Below, one piece after another: positions 18,457 through 28,367 of a stretch of 61,080 nt of DNA; position 1 is the stretch's first letter, and the number at the start of each line of letters is the position of its first letter. Both the position numbers and the translations under genes were made by a program. The stretch spans positions 1-61,080 of the forward strand of contig CANQIE010000003.1 in NCBI GenBank assembly GCA_947623935.1, given 5' to 3'. This DNA comes from an uncultured Bacilli bacterium (GTDB lineage Bacteria > Bacillota_I > Bacilli_A > RF39 > UBA660). Below the pieces are notes generated by a model, which did no database searches, was not told the origin of the DNA, and was given only the letters and a program-made list of their open reading frames with translations.

Positions 18457-19641
18457 ATGAAAAAAACAATTAAAGATTATGATTTAAAAGGAAAGAAAGT
18501 AATCATTCGTGTCGATTTTAATGTACCTATTAAAGAGGGTAAAATTATAGATGATACCCGTATTAAAGAAAGTTTAGAGACAATTCATTATGCCATCGAG
18601 CACGATGCCAAAGTTATTCTTTTAGCCCATCTTGGACGTGTTAAAGAAAAAAGCGATTTAGAAAAGAACAATTTAGAAATAGTGGCCCATCGTTTAAGCG
18701 ATCTTTTAGAAAAAGAAATCTTATTTAGTAAAAAAACGCGTGGAGAAGGACTTGAAGAAGCAGTCCAAAATTTAGAGGAGCAAGAAGTTTTATTAATTCA
18801 AAATACCCGCTATGAAGATTTAGATGGACAAAAAGAAAGTAAGAACGATAAAGATCTTGCTTCTTATTGGGCAAGTCTTGGAGACCTTTTCATTAACGAT
18901 GCTTTTGGAACTGTTCATAGATCACATGCTTCTAATGTAGGGATTGCCAAACTTCTTCCTAATGGCGTAGGCTTCTTAATTGAAAAAGAATTAAATGCCC
19001 TAAAGACTTTAGATCAACCTAAAAAACCGTACACGCTTATTTTAGGTGGAGCTAAAGTAAGTGATAAGATTGGGGTTATTGAAAATCTTCTTCCTAAAGT
19101 AGATCATGTCTTAATTGGGGGAGGAATGGCCTTTACTTTCTTAAAAGCAAAGGGATTAGAAGTAGGAAAATCGCTTGTCGAAGAAGATAAAATCGAATTT
19201 TGTAAAGAAATGCTTGAAAAATATGAGGAAAAAATCGTTTTACCAGTCGATGTAAATGTGACTACGGAGTTTGATGAAAATGCTAAAAATCATGTAGTAG
19301 CAGTCGATGAGATAGAAGAAGATGAAATGGGGATGGATATAGGTCCTAAAACCATCGATTTATATCGCCCTATTTTAACGGAATCAAAGACCATTTTATG
19401 GAATGGTCCTTTGGGCGTTTATGAGATGAAAAAGTATCAAAAAGGAACGAAAGATACTTTAAGTATTGCTGTTCGGGGAAATAGAAGATTGATTCTTGGA
19501 GGAGGAGACATAGTAGCAGCTGCTAAAGAATTAGGTTTCCTTCATCGTGTAAAACATGCATCAACTGGAGGAGGGGCTATGTTAGAGTACTTAGAAGGAA
19601 GAGATCTTCCTGGAATTGATGCTATTAGTGAAGAAGAATAA
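18457..19641 (+). CDS. pgk: Phosphoglycerate kinase
   Basis: RVDFNVP, NDAFGTVHR, GGAKVSDK, WNGPLGVYE, STGGGA. Confidence 0.98.
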   Translation: MKKTIKDYDLKGKKVIIRVDFNVPIKEGKIIDDTRIKESLETIHYAIEHDAKVILLAHLGRVKEKSDLEKNNLEIVAHRLSDLLEKEILFSKKTRGEGLEEAVQNLEEQEVLLIQNTRYEDLDGQKESKNDKDLASYWASLGDLFINDAFGTVHRSHASNVGIAKLLPNGVGFLIEKELNALKTLDQPKKPYTLILGGAKVSDKIGVIENLLPKVDHVLIGGGMAFTFLKAKGLEVGKSLVEEDKIEFCKEMLEKYEEKIVLPVDVNVTTEFDENAKNHVVAVDEIEEDEMGMDIGPKTIDLYRPILTESKTILWNGPLGVYEMKKYQKGTKDTLSIAVRGNRRLILGGGDIVAAAKELGFLHRVKHASTGGGAMLEYLEGRDLPGIDAISEEE

Positions 19642-19643
19642 TT

Positions 19644-20096
19644 ATGCTAAAGATGTTGTTGGGAACAAAATTAAAAAAAGTAGAAGAAGTAGGAAATATT
19701 GATGCTTCTCTTATAGATTTAAAAGATAAGTTATCTTCTTTTTTAGTGACACCTGAAACTTCTTATCAAGTAGAAGAATATCTTTTGTTTACCGAAAAAG
19801 GAAACTTGTTAGGATATACCTATTTAGAAGGACAAAAGGATTTAAAAAATATGATGGCTACCTTTAAAGTGGGAAATAATGTTCCTTTAGAGACACAAGA
19901 AGAAATGGTCAGTGAAAGCGTCCACTATGCCTTAGATACTTTGGATATGGTGGATTTAAACTTCTTGCATGGAGGAAGTGTGGATCCTTTTTTGAAAGCT
20001 GCGACTGATCATGATTTGGATATTTCCGTAGACCATGATATGATAGTATTTAGTAAAGATTATGAAATGGAATTAGAAAGTAAAAAACAATATTAG
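19644..20096 (+). CDS. Hypothetical protein
   Basis: 150 aa ORF immediately after pgk; no recognised motif. Confidence 0.65.
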   Translation: MLKMLLGTKLKKVEEVGNIDASLIDLKDKLSSFLVTPETSYQVEEYLLFTEKGNLLGYTYLEGQKDLKNMMATFKVGNNVPLETQEEMVSESVHYALDTLDMVDLNFLHGGSVDPFLKAATDHDLDISVDHDMIVFSKDYEMELESKKQY

Positions 20097-20106
20097 AGGA
20101 AAAACT

Positions 20107-21114
20107 ATGAAACAAGCTAAAAGAAACGGAATTATACTAGCACTTATTACTTTGTTAGTTTTATATTTTGTATTAAGAGATAATTTTCAATCAGTGGTGT
20201 ATGAACTCCAAAGAGCAAATCTTTTTTGGATTCTTTTGGCATTAGTAGTAACGGCTATCTATGTTTTATTTCAGTCCCTTGGACTTCATGTCATCGTTCA
20301 AACGTATGAAAAGAAATACACCTATAAAAAGACATTGCAACTTACTTTGATTACGAACTTTTTTAATGGGATTACTCCTTTTGCAACAGGAGGACAACCC
20401 ATGCAAGTGTATCTTTTAAAAAGAGATGGAATTCGTGTCAGTAGTGGAACCAATATCATTATGCAAAACTTTATTTTGTACCAATTGGCACTAGTGGTGT
20501 TAGGACTTATTGCTTTAGGACTCAATTTCTTCTTTAATATATTTGATAATCTTCCTATTTTAGGGGGACTTATTGCGGTAGGTTTTTCGATTAATACATT
20601 AATCATGGTATTTCTTTTTATCATCAGTTTTGGTAAAAAATTTAATGCTTGGGTTATCAAACTAGGAATTAATCTGTTGACTACTTTAAAACTCGTTAAA
20701 GATAAAGAGGCTACTTTAAAAAAATGGAATGAGCGACTAGCAGATTTTCATCAAGGAGCCGTTAATTTAGGAAAGAATAAAAAAGTATGTATTCAAGGCT
20801 TCTTATATCAATTTTTTAGTTTATTTTGCTTATATGTACTCCCTTTCTTTATTTTTAAAGCTTTAGGAGTAGGAGGAGAAATCGGTATCATGCGTTCCGT
20901 CGTAGCGTCGGCTTACATCATGCTTATTGGTTCTTTTGTTCCTATTCCTGGAGCATCCGGGGGTATTGAATATGGATTCCTTCAATTCTTTGGCACCTTT
21001 GTAAGTGGAGGCGTTTTATCGGCAGGCCTTCTATTGTGGAGATTTATTTACTACTACTTATTGATGATTGTAGGAGGCATTGCCTTATCTTTCCGAAAGG
21101 AGGAGAAAGCCTAA
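20107..21114 (+). CDS. Lysylphosphatidylglycerol-synthase-TM/flippase-like (UPF0104) membrane protein
   Basis: FFNGITPFATGGQP, PIPGASGGIEYGF, WRFIYYY; multiple TM helices. Confidence 0.88.
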   Translation: MKQAKRNGIILALITLLVLYFVLRDNFQSVVYELQRANLFWILLALVVTAIYVLFQSLGLHVIVQTYEKKYTYKKTLQLTLITNFFNGITPFATGGQPMQVYLLKRDGIRVSSGTNIIMQNFILYQLALVVLGLIALGLNFFFNIFDNLPILGGLIAVGFSINTLIMVFLFIISFGKKFNAWVIKLGINLLTTLKLVKDKEATLKKWNERLADFHQGAVNLGKNKKVCIQGFLYQFFSLFCLYVLPFFIFKALGVGGEIGIMRSVVASAYIMLIGSFVPIPGASGGIEYGFLQFFGTFVSGGVLSAGLLLWRFIYYYLLMIVGGIALSFRKEEKA

Positions 21115-22343
21115 TGCGAATTGGTATTTTTACAGAAACATATACCCCTTATATTAGTGGTTTAGTAACTTCCGAAGTCATGCTTAAACAAGCGCTTGAA
21201 AAAATGGGGCATGAAGTCTATGTCGTGACCGCGAACCTAGAAAGTTTTCATTACGAATACGACGAAAAAGAACATGTGCTTAGAATTCCAGGTGTTAAAA
21301 CAGGGATTTACGACTCTCGTCTTACGTCCATTTACCCTATCCAAGCGATTAATAAAGTTAAAAGTTGGAACTTAGATGTTATTCACTCTCAAACTGAATT
21401 TGCGATTGGAACTTTTGCTCGCATCTTTGCTAAACAATATGATATTCCCATTGTGCACACCTATCATACGATGTATGAAGATTATGTTCATTACATAACG
21501 AAAGGTCACTTTAAAAAATCAAGTAAAAAATTGGTCGAATACTTGACGCTTTTCTACTGTGATAAAACGATTACCGAACTGATTGTGCCAACTAAAAAAG
21601 CGTACGACTTATTTAAAGAAAAATACAATGTAACCAGAAATATCCACATTATTCCAACCGGTATTGAGGTAGATCGTTTTTATAAAGAGAATATTCCTTT
21701 AAAGAATGTTATTCCGCTTCGTAAAAAATATGCACTTACTCAAAATGACTTTGTGGGTATCTTCGTAGGACGTCTTGCTGAAGAGAAAAATGTAGAATTC
21801 CTTTTAAACATGATGAAGGAATTAATTAAAGATTATCCGTTTATGAAACTTTTAATTGTAGGCGATGGACCTGATAAAGAAAAGTATGAACAGAGGTCTA
21901 TCGATAATGGAACGGATAAAAATATTATTTTTACAGGCAAAGTTCCTTGGGAAGAGATTCCTAAATATTATCAGGTAGCCAATTACTTTATTACGGCTTC
22001 TAAAACAGAGACCCAAGGACTAACGGTGATCGAAGCTATGGCTGCGGGCCTTCCTGCTATTTGTATCGATGATGAAAGTTTCCATTTAGTGGTGGTCGAT
22101 GACTTGGATGGTAAGTTTTTTAGAACACAGAAAGAAGCCATTAAAAAGATTTTAGACCTTTATAACAATAAAGAAGAATGGAAGCGTATTTCGAACCAAG
22201 CACGGATTAAGGCCGATGCGTTTAGTGCTCAAAATTTTGCTTCCCAAGTGTTAAGAGTTTACGAAAGAGCAATTATACAAAACGATAAAAACAAGAATTT
22301 TCTTCAAAGAATGTGGAAAAAGATACGGAGGCGTGTTAAATGA
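21114..22343 (+). CDS. GT4 glycosyltransferase, probable diacylglycerol glucosyltransferase
   Basis: MRIGIFTETYTPYISG, HTYHTMYEDYVHY, GRLAEEKN, ETQGLTVIEAMAAG; start at ATG 21114 overlapping upstream stop. Confidence 0.9.
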   Translation: MRIGIFTETYTPYISGLVTSEVMLKQALEKMGHEVYVVTANLESFHYEYDEKEHVLRIPGVKTGIYDSRLTSIYPIQAINKVKSWNLDVIHSQTEFAIGTFARIFAKQYDIPIVHTYHTMYEDYVHYITKGHFKKSSKKLVEYLTLFYCDKTITELIVPTKKAYDLFKEKYNVTRNIHIIPTGIEVDRFYKENIPLKNVIPLRKKYALTQNDFVGIFVGRLAEEKNVEFLLNMMKELIKDYPFMKLLIVGDGPDKEKYEQRSIDNGTDKNIIFTGKVPWEEIPKYYQVANYFITASKTETQGLTVIEAMAAGLPAICIDDESFHLVVVDDLDGKFFRTQKEAIKKILDLYNNKEEWKRISNQARIKADAFSAQNFASQVLRVYERAIIQNDKNKNFLQRMWKKIRRRVK

Positions 22344-23050
22344 AATTAGTGGTTGCCAATCATAAAATGAATTTAACGAAGGAAGAAGTTCTTTCTTATG
22401 TGGATTCTGTTAAAGATTTTGCATCTAATACGGTTGAATTCGTCTTTTGCCCCTCTACTTTATACTTACCTTACTTTTCATCTCTTCCTTTAGGTAGTCA
22501 AGATGTAAGCTATCTAAAAGAAGGAAGTCTAACGGGAGATGTGAGTGCGAAACAATTAAAATCGATGGGTGTTTTATATACCCTTGTAGGTCACTCCGAA
22601 AGAAGAGTGAAACTTCATGAAAATCCTGAGATGATTCAAAAGAAAATAGAAAACTTACTTAATGAAGGAATTATTCCTATTCTTTGTATAGGCGAATCGA
22701 TTGATGAGAAAGAACAAGGAAAAGTAGAAGAAGTTTTAGATAGAGAACTTGCTATCCTTTCTTCCTTTACTAAAGAAGAGATTGCTTCCATCGTTATTGC
22801 CTATGAACCTATGTGGGCGATTGGAACAGGAGTGCTTCCTACCAATCAAGAGATAGAGAACCGGGTTCGTTATATTAAAGAAAAAGTTTCCTCTCTTTAC
22901 CAAGTATCTATAAGAGTGTTATATGGAGGAAGCGTTAACATAGATAACATAGATACTTTAGAAAAAGTATCTAATATGGATGGATATTTAGTGGGAGGAG
23001 CAAGTCTTGATGGACCTCGGTTTCTTTCATTAATGGAAAGGATGCGATAA
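22340..23050 (+). CDS. tpiA: Triosephosphate isomerase
   Basis: ANHKMN, GHSERR, AYEPMWAIGTG, LYGGSV, LVGGASL. Confidence 0.97.
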   Translation: MKLVVANHKMNLTKEEVLSYVDSVKDFASNTVEFVFCPSTLYLPYFSSLPLGSQDVSYLKEGSLTGDVSAKQLKSMGVLYTLVGHSERRVKLHENPEMIQKKIENLLNEGIIPILCIGESIDEKEQGKVEEVLDRELAILSSFTKEEIASIVIAYEPMWAIGTGVLPTNQEIENRVRYIKEKVSSLYQVSIRVLYGGSVNIDNIDTLEKVSNMDGYLVGGASLDGPRFLSLMERMR

Positions 23051-23052
23051 TC

Positions 23053-23217
23053 ATGATGCTTTTAGATTTCATGGAACAAGTTAACGGGAAATGGAATGAA
23101 CTTCAGTTCTGGTTCAATAGTCATTATGATGATCCACTTTTATGGGGTGGAATTGTATTAGGTATCGTTCTTTTCATGGTGGTTTGTTCTTCCTACTTAG
23201 GAAAGACGAAAAGGTAG
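23053..23217 (+). CDS. Small single-TM protein (54 aa), not in ORF track
   Basis: MMLLDFMEQVNGKWNELQFWFNSHYDDPLLWGGIVLGIVLFMVVCSSYLGKTKR*; fills the gap between tpiA and the next gene; TM followed by basic tail. Confidence 0.6.
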   Translation: MMLLDFMEQVNGKWNELQFWFNSHYDDPLLWGGIVLGIVLFMVVCSSYLGKTKR

Positions 23218-23222
23218 ATTTT

Positions 23223-23996
23223 ATGGCCTCTTTTATTATGCACTATGTCATGGGAAAAGAATTTTTGCACCTTTTAGAAAAAACGTACTCCTATCCTTTA
23301 AAAGAAGAAGAAAAGAATGCTTTCTTGTTAGGTAATTTAATTCCAGACTCAAGAAGTTTTAAAGCAGAAGCCTCTACTGTTCAAGGAGAAAAATTTTATA
23401 CCCATTTTAAAAGTAAAGAAAACTTGGGACGCTGTATTCAAACACCTGTCTTAGAAATTTTTATTTCCAAATATAAATCTTTATTTAAAGAAGATTTTTC
23501 GGTTTTAGGTTATTTATTTCATTTATATACGGATAAACTATTTTATGAAGAATTCTTTCCAAAAAACATCATTCATTTAGATGCAAAAGGGGACCCTACT
23601 TTATATCAGAAGGATGTTTGCTTTATAAAAGTATTAAAAAATGGGAAAGTATATACACCCCAAGCGTTTTGGAGTAGAGAGGGAATTTATCATGAATATA
23701 CTCTACTAAATAAGTGGGTATTAAAAGAATATAAGACTACTTTTGAAAAAGAAGCTTTGATATCTTATATGCCTTACTTTAAGAATCCTGGAATTAGCGA
23801 AGTAGATTATCAAAAAGGATACGAAATTATTCAAAAAACAGCTTCTTATGTAGAAGAAAGTAATAATCTCTCGTCGGATGAACCTTTTGCTATTTTTTCA
23901 ATGGACGTGATAAAGTCTTTTATGAGTCAAGTAGGACCTCATTTTTTAACTACTTATAAAGATGTTGTAGAGCAAACATTAAAGAAAAGATACTAA
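23223..23996 (+). CDS. Zinc-dependent phospholipase C-like / HD-type metal hydrolase
   Basis: N-terminal H (MASFIMHY), FLLGNLIPD, THF, GYLFHLYTD; start moved to ATG 23223. Confidence 0.6.
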   Translation: MASFIMHYVMGKEFLHLLEKTYSYPLKEEEKNAFLLGNLIPDSRSFKAEASTVQGEKFYTHFKSKENLGRCIQTPVLEIFISKYKSLFKEDFSVLGYLFHLYTDKLFYEEFFPKNIIHLDAKGDPTLYQKDVCFIKVLKNGKVYTPQAFWSREGIYHEYTLLNKWVLKEYKTTFEKEALISYMPYFKNPGISEVDYQKGYEIIQKTASYVEESNNLSSDEPFAIFSMDVIKSFMSQVGPHFLTTYKDVVEQTLKKRY

Positions 23997-24042
23997 GATG
24001 TATCTTTTTGTTTGGTAATTTTTTCTAAAAGCCTTATTATAG

Positions 24043-24071
24043 TTGACTTTTGGCTTTTTTTAGTCTATACT
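24043..24071 (+). promoter_or_regulatory. sigmaA promoter
   Basis: TTGACT-17 bp-TATACT, overlapped by AAAAGCC/GGCTTTT inverted repeat. Confidence 0.6.
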
Positions 24072-24098
24072 AACTAACAAATGAAAGGGAAGATTTTT

Positions 24099-25544
24099 AT
24101 GAAAAAATTAACATTAAAAACCATTACCGGAATATTCTTAGTTTCAGGTCTTGCGGGAGCGGGTACGTATGCTTTAGCGATGAATGCTAGTAATGGATAC
24201 AATACGTATTCGAATGAAGTTAGCAACAAGGAAGCTTTTAATTATACTGAGAAAGAACTTCTTGAAAAAATGGCTAACGGCGTTCAAGGAATCGAAACTT
24301 CTGAAATAAAGGAAGCCCTTGAAGATGCGCGTAATAAAGTAGAGAAGAGTGAAGCTTTAGAACAAGAAGTTAAGGAAGTAGCAGCTCAAGTTGAAGTAGC
24401 GAAGGAAGAAGAAAAGAAGGCTGTAGAAGAACAACGAGCTGCTGTAGAGGAAGTACAAGAAGCTACGAAAGCTGTTGAGAAAATAGAAGAAGAGAAAAAA
24501 GTTTTAGAACAAGAAGTAAAAAATGCTAAAAACGAAGAAGCTAAAAAAGAAGCAGAAGCTAAAGTAAAAAAGATAGAAGACGAAGCAAAGAAATTAGAAC
24601 AAGCTAAGAAAGATGCCGAAGCAAAAGCGCAAAGAGCCAAAGAAGAGGCTTTAAGAAAAGAACAGGAAAGAAAGGCTGCTGAAGCTGAAAAAGTAAGAAA
24701 AGAAGAGGAAGCAAGAAAGGCTCAAGAAGAAAAAGACGCAGCCTTAAAAGAAGCACAAAGACTTGCGGAAGAAGCTAAAAAGGCGGAGGAAGCTAGAAAA
24801 CAAGCTGAAGCCGAAGAAGAGGCAAGACGAGTAGAACAAGAAAGACAAACAGCCGAAGCTGAAAAGGTCAAAAAGGTTGCAGAAGAGCAAGCCTTAAAGG
24901 AAGCAGAAGAAAAAACTGCTAAGGAACAAGCAGAAAAAGAACGTTTTGAAAGAATGTTAGAAATGGCTAAAAAAGGTGAAGAAGCCGACCGGAAAGCCTA
25001 TGAAGAACAACTAAAAGCAATTGAAGAAGAAGTAGCAGCTAAAAGAGCTGCACGTGAAGCCCAAGAACAAGCTGCTAAAGAACAAGCAGAACGTGAAGCA
25101 AGAGAAAGAAAAGAAAGAGAGTCTACAGCGGGACTTGAAGCAAGACTAAAAGCAGAACAAGAAAGAATTGAAAACTCAAGTGTATTATCACAGGCTAAGA
25201 GTCAATCGAATAATTCTGTTAAGACTCCTAGTAGGGAATATCCTATTGAGGCTATTCCTGCAGATGATCCCGAACTTAATAGATTAATTGATAAGTATAG
25301 TTATGGTGTTGTTTGGTTTGCACGATTTACTTGTGATTTAAACATGTGTGATGGTTTCTCTCAATCAGGATCAAATAAACTTTCAGGAGATGTATTTATC
25401 GGTCGAAGAGGAGACAAAACAAGTTTTACTATGTATGCTCCTAATGCAAAACAAGGATTTACGTTTGTTGAGTGGAAAGTATCTCAAATAACCTATAATG
25501 GCGTAGTAATGAATCAATATACTGCTATCTACAAAGCTATTTAA
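24099..25544 (+). CDS. Secreted/anchored long coiled-coil (E/K/A-rich) protein with small C-terminal globular domain
   Basis: Signal peptide MKKLTLKTITGIFLVSGLAGAGTYALA, about 300 aa EKA-rich helix, C-terminal beta-rich region. Confidence 0.75.
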   Translation: MKKLTLKTITGIFLVSGLAGAGTYALAMNASNGYNTYSNEVSNKEAFNYTEKELLEKMANGVQGIETSEIKEALEDARNKVEKSEALEQEVKEVAAQVEVAKEEEKKAVEEQRAAVEEVQEATKAVEKIEEEKKVLEQEVKNAKNEEAKKEAEAKVKKIEDEAKKLEQAKKDAEAKAQRAKEEALRKEQERKAAEAEKVRKEEEARKAQEEKDAALKEAQRLAEEAKKAEEARKQAEAEEEARRVEQERQTAEAEKVKKVAEEQALKEAEEKTAKEQAEKERFERMLEMAKKGEEADRKAYEEQLKAIEEEVAAKRAAREAQEQAAKEQAEREARERKERESTAGLEARLKAEQERIENSSVLSQAKSQSNNSVKTPSREYPIEAIPADDPELNRLIDKYSYGVVWFARFTCDLNMCDGFSQSGSNKLSGDVFIGRRGDKTSFTMYAPNAKQGFTFVEWKVSQITYNGVVMNQYTAIYKAI

Positions 25545-25621
25545 TTAATATCGTTTAAACAAAGGAGACTATATAGTCTTTCTTTTTTTGGCTAAAAAAT
25601 TAATTTTTTTAAGAATTATAG

Positions 25622-25661
25622 TTGACAAATACTTACATATAGTATAAAATACCATATGTAA
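25622..25661 (+). promoter_or_regulatory. sigmaA promoter with overlapping 8-bp inverted repeat (operator candidate)
   Basis: TTGACA (25622-27)-17 bp-TAAAAT (25645-50); TTACATAT (25633-40) / ATATGTAA (25654-61). Confidence 0.65.
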
Positions 25662-25675
25662 AGAGGTGATTTGCC

Positions 25676-27448
25676 ATGGAACTTTCAAGAGATTTCTTCA
25701 AGGATTCCATAGACGAATGTAAAGAAAGCCTCGTTTGTGAAATTCCTTACAATATAAGTAATCCTATAACAACGATTGGGAAGGAAGCTTTTTACGATTG
25801 GGAAAGTTGTCGTTATGTTGTTATTCCTCCTTCGGTAAAAGAAATTGCTATTGATGCCTTTCATTGGGAAAATATAAAAATTGTTATTTCGAATACTAAA
25901 CTCCCTGAAGCTTATAAGGGAGTTGTTCTTCCTTTTAATGCTTATAGTAAAGCACTTCTTGAAGCACTTGTTACGATTGATAAAGTAGAAGAAAATGTTC
26001 ATTTGAATTCGGACCAATTTTATAAGAAAAAAGAGGAAGTAAATGAAACGATTGATTCGCTTGTAAAAGATTTTGTTTCGAAAGAAGAAAAATTAAAAGA
26101 ACAGGCTACGACGTTAGAAAAGGCATATCAATCGCTTGAAAAACTTTTTAGTGAAAAACAAGGTTTGTCCGATGAACAACTTCATTTGATTGAACAAGAA
26201 ACCTTGAAAAGAATTAAAGATACACTTGTTAAATTAGATGAACAAGAAAAACGGTTTGAAGAACAGAAAAGTGAAATAAACAAGTCTATTCAAAAAGGAA
26301 TTAATCGTTTTCAATCTACTTTCATGGAGATCCAATCACAAAGAGATAAAATGATGGATCAAACAAGAGCGGATTTAACGAAATTATTACAAGATAAGAC
26401 CAAAGAAGCGAATGGTTTAAAAGAAAAGTTAAATACAATGCTTGATCATTTAAGTGCAAGAGAAGATGAACTTACGGATGCGGTTGTCGATCGTGCTGTC
26501 GAAAAAGTAAGAGAAAAATCGCCTTTTAAAAACGTTAATATTTATATCAATAATATTCTTCATGGTTCGACTAAGAAAAAAATCGTTCATAAAAACTTTG
26601 AACAGGTTGTAAAAGTTTTAGCTTTGCACTTACATCCTTTGTTGGTTGGTCCTGCTGGATGTGGAAAGAACGTTATGTTGGAACATGCTTCCGAAGCTTT
26701 AGGACTTGAATTTCGCTATGTAAACGATGTAACAGAAGAACATAAGGTCATGGGCTTTGTCGATGCTAACGGAAGATTCCAACAGACACAATTCTTTAAG
26801 GCTTTTACCGAGGGTGGACTTATGATGATCGATGAAATTGATAACTCTCATCCATCGGCTTTACTAGCTATCAATGCTGCTCTTGGAACAGGATACAATC
26901 AATACCTTGCTTTCCCTGATGGAAAACTTTATCCATGTCATAAAGACTTCTACTGTGCTGCTGCAGCAAACACCTATGGAACAGGATCCGATCAAATCTA
27001 TTGTGGAAGAAGTGCTTTGGATGGAGCAAGTTTGAACCGTTTCGTTCCGATTTTCATCGATTACGACCGAGATCTTGAAACCCACTTAGTTTCTCATGAA
27101 AAAATGCTTCCACTTTATTGGGCCGTAAGAGAATCTGTTCAAGCCAATAAAATAAGACACGTTATTTCGACTCGTAATATTGTTAATGCCGATAAAATGC
27201 TTTCGAGCGGTGTATTCACTAATGGCGAAATTTTCGATATGACGATTATTCAAAGCATGACCGATGACGACTTACGTATGGTAGTAAATGATTTAGAAAA
27301 TAGAAGCCTTGATTCTTTTGAAAAAGAATTCATCTACTACTTGAAAAACAAAAGAAATATTTCCTATAACGAATATAGAGAACAAAATCAACGTCAAAGT
27401 ACACGTGGTCGAAGTTATGCTTATAGTGATGATGGATACAGTTATTAA
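25676..27448 (+). CDS. MoxR/CbbQ-type AAA+ ATPase with N-terminal BspA-like LRR remnant and coiled coil
   Basis: ITTIGKEAF..VVIPPSVKEIAIDAF (LRR_5-like); GPAGCGKN Walker A, MIDEIDN Walker B, AAANTYG sensor 1, LDGASLNRF Arg finger. Confidence 0.8.
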   Translation: MELSRDFFKDSIDECKESLVCEIPYNISNPITTIGKEAFYDWESCRYVVIPPSVKEIAIDAFHWENIKIVISNTKLPEAYKGVVLPFNAYSKALLEALVTIDKVEENVHLNSDQFYKKKEEVNETIDSLVKDFVSKEEKLKEQATTLEKAYQSLEKLFSEKQGLSDEQLHLIEQETLKRIKDTLVKLDEQEKRFEEQKSEINKSIQKGINRFQSTFMEIQSQRDKMMDQTRADLTKLLQDKTKEANGLKEKLNTMLDHLSAREDELTDAVVDRAVEKVREKSPFKNVNIYINNILHGSTKKKIVHKNFEQVVKVLALHLHPLLVGPAGCGKNVMLEHASEALGLEFRYVNDVTEEHKVMGFVDANGRFQQTQFFKAFTEGGLMMIDEIDNSHPSALLAINAALGTGYNQYLAFPDGKLYPCHKDFYCAAAANTYGTGSDQIYCGRSALDGASLNRFVPIFIDYDRDLETHLVSHEKMLPLYWAVRESVQANKIRHVISTRNIVNADKMLSSGVFTNGEIFDMTIIQSMTDDDLRMVVNDLENRSLDSFEKEFIYYLKNKRNISYNEYREQNQRQSTRGRSYAYSDDGYSY

Positions 27449-27455
27449 ATAGGAG

Positions 27456-28367
27456 ATGGTGGAGATGTTTTCGCATGTTACTAAGATTCCTTATAAAGAC
27501 TCGACGGTTTATATCATGAACTTTAAAAACTTAGATCATTTCTTGGAAGAAGTAAAAGATGACTTTGAGTTAAATCCTATTTTTGAAAACGAACATAGCC
27601 TAACGGGAGATGCTTCTTTTACAGGAACTTCTTCTTATGAAGAAGCCTGGAAATTATGTAGGTTCACGATGAATAAAGGATTTGAACAATTCTATAAAAA
27701 GTTTCAATCACTAAATTACAAATTGAGTTATCATGAAAAGAAAATAGATTCCTTTAGTGTGGTTGGGTATGTTCCTAGTGTTCCAAGATACTTATTAGGA
27801 ATTCCTACTAGTATGCATAGTTACCGGACGGAGAAAGAAGAAAAAGCGATTCACATTTATATGAACATGGCGTATTCTTGCTATCAAAATGAAAAACAAA
27901 TTGAAAATCGTGGTTTAATTGTGTTAAACTTGGTTACTTATTTAGAGTCTCGTGGTTACAAAGTCGATTTATTTACATATGAATTTTCTGCCTGCGATGA
28001 CGAAAAAATATTAATTACTGTTCCTATTAAAACAGCTCTAGAAAAGTTAAACATTAAGAAAGCTTATTTTCCACTCGTACATCCCTCTTTTTTACGAAGG
28101 CTTTTGTTTCGGGCTAAGGAAAAAATGCCTGTTAAAAATTGGGAATGGAAGTATGGATACGGCTATCCTATGGAATATCAAGAAGCAGTTCAGTTCTTCG
28201 ACTATTATCACCCTGATTTTGAAAAAGAAAAAACACTTTATATTTCTACACCAAGTGAAATGGGTGTAAAGGGCGAAAACTTAGATCTCGATTTTGACCG
28301 GTTTCTAGAAACTTTAAATACGAATTATCAAAATAGAGAAAAACAAAAAGTAAAGACGAAAGGATGA
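27456..28367 (+). CDS. Degenerate vWA-like partner of MoxR AAA ATPase
   Basis: GYVPSVPRYLLGIP, IYMNMAYS (MIDAS-like position), HPSFLRRLLFR; directly downstream of the AAA gene. Confidence 0.6.
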   Translation: MVEMFSHVTKIPYKDSTVYIMNFKNLDHFLEEVKDDFELNPIFENEHSLTGDASFTGTSSYEEAWKLCRFTMNKGFEQFYKKFQSLNYKLSYHEKKIDSFSVVGYVPSVPRYLLGIPTSMHSYRTEKEEKAIHIYMNMAYSCYQNEKQIENRGLIVLNLVTYLESRGYKVDLFTYEFSACDDEKILITVPIKTALEKLNIKKAYFPLVHPSFLRRLLFRAKEKMPVKNWEWKYGYGYPMEYQEAVQFFDYYHPDFEKEKTLYISTPSEMGVKGENLDLDFDRFLETLNTNYQNREKQKVKTKG

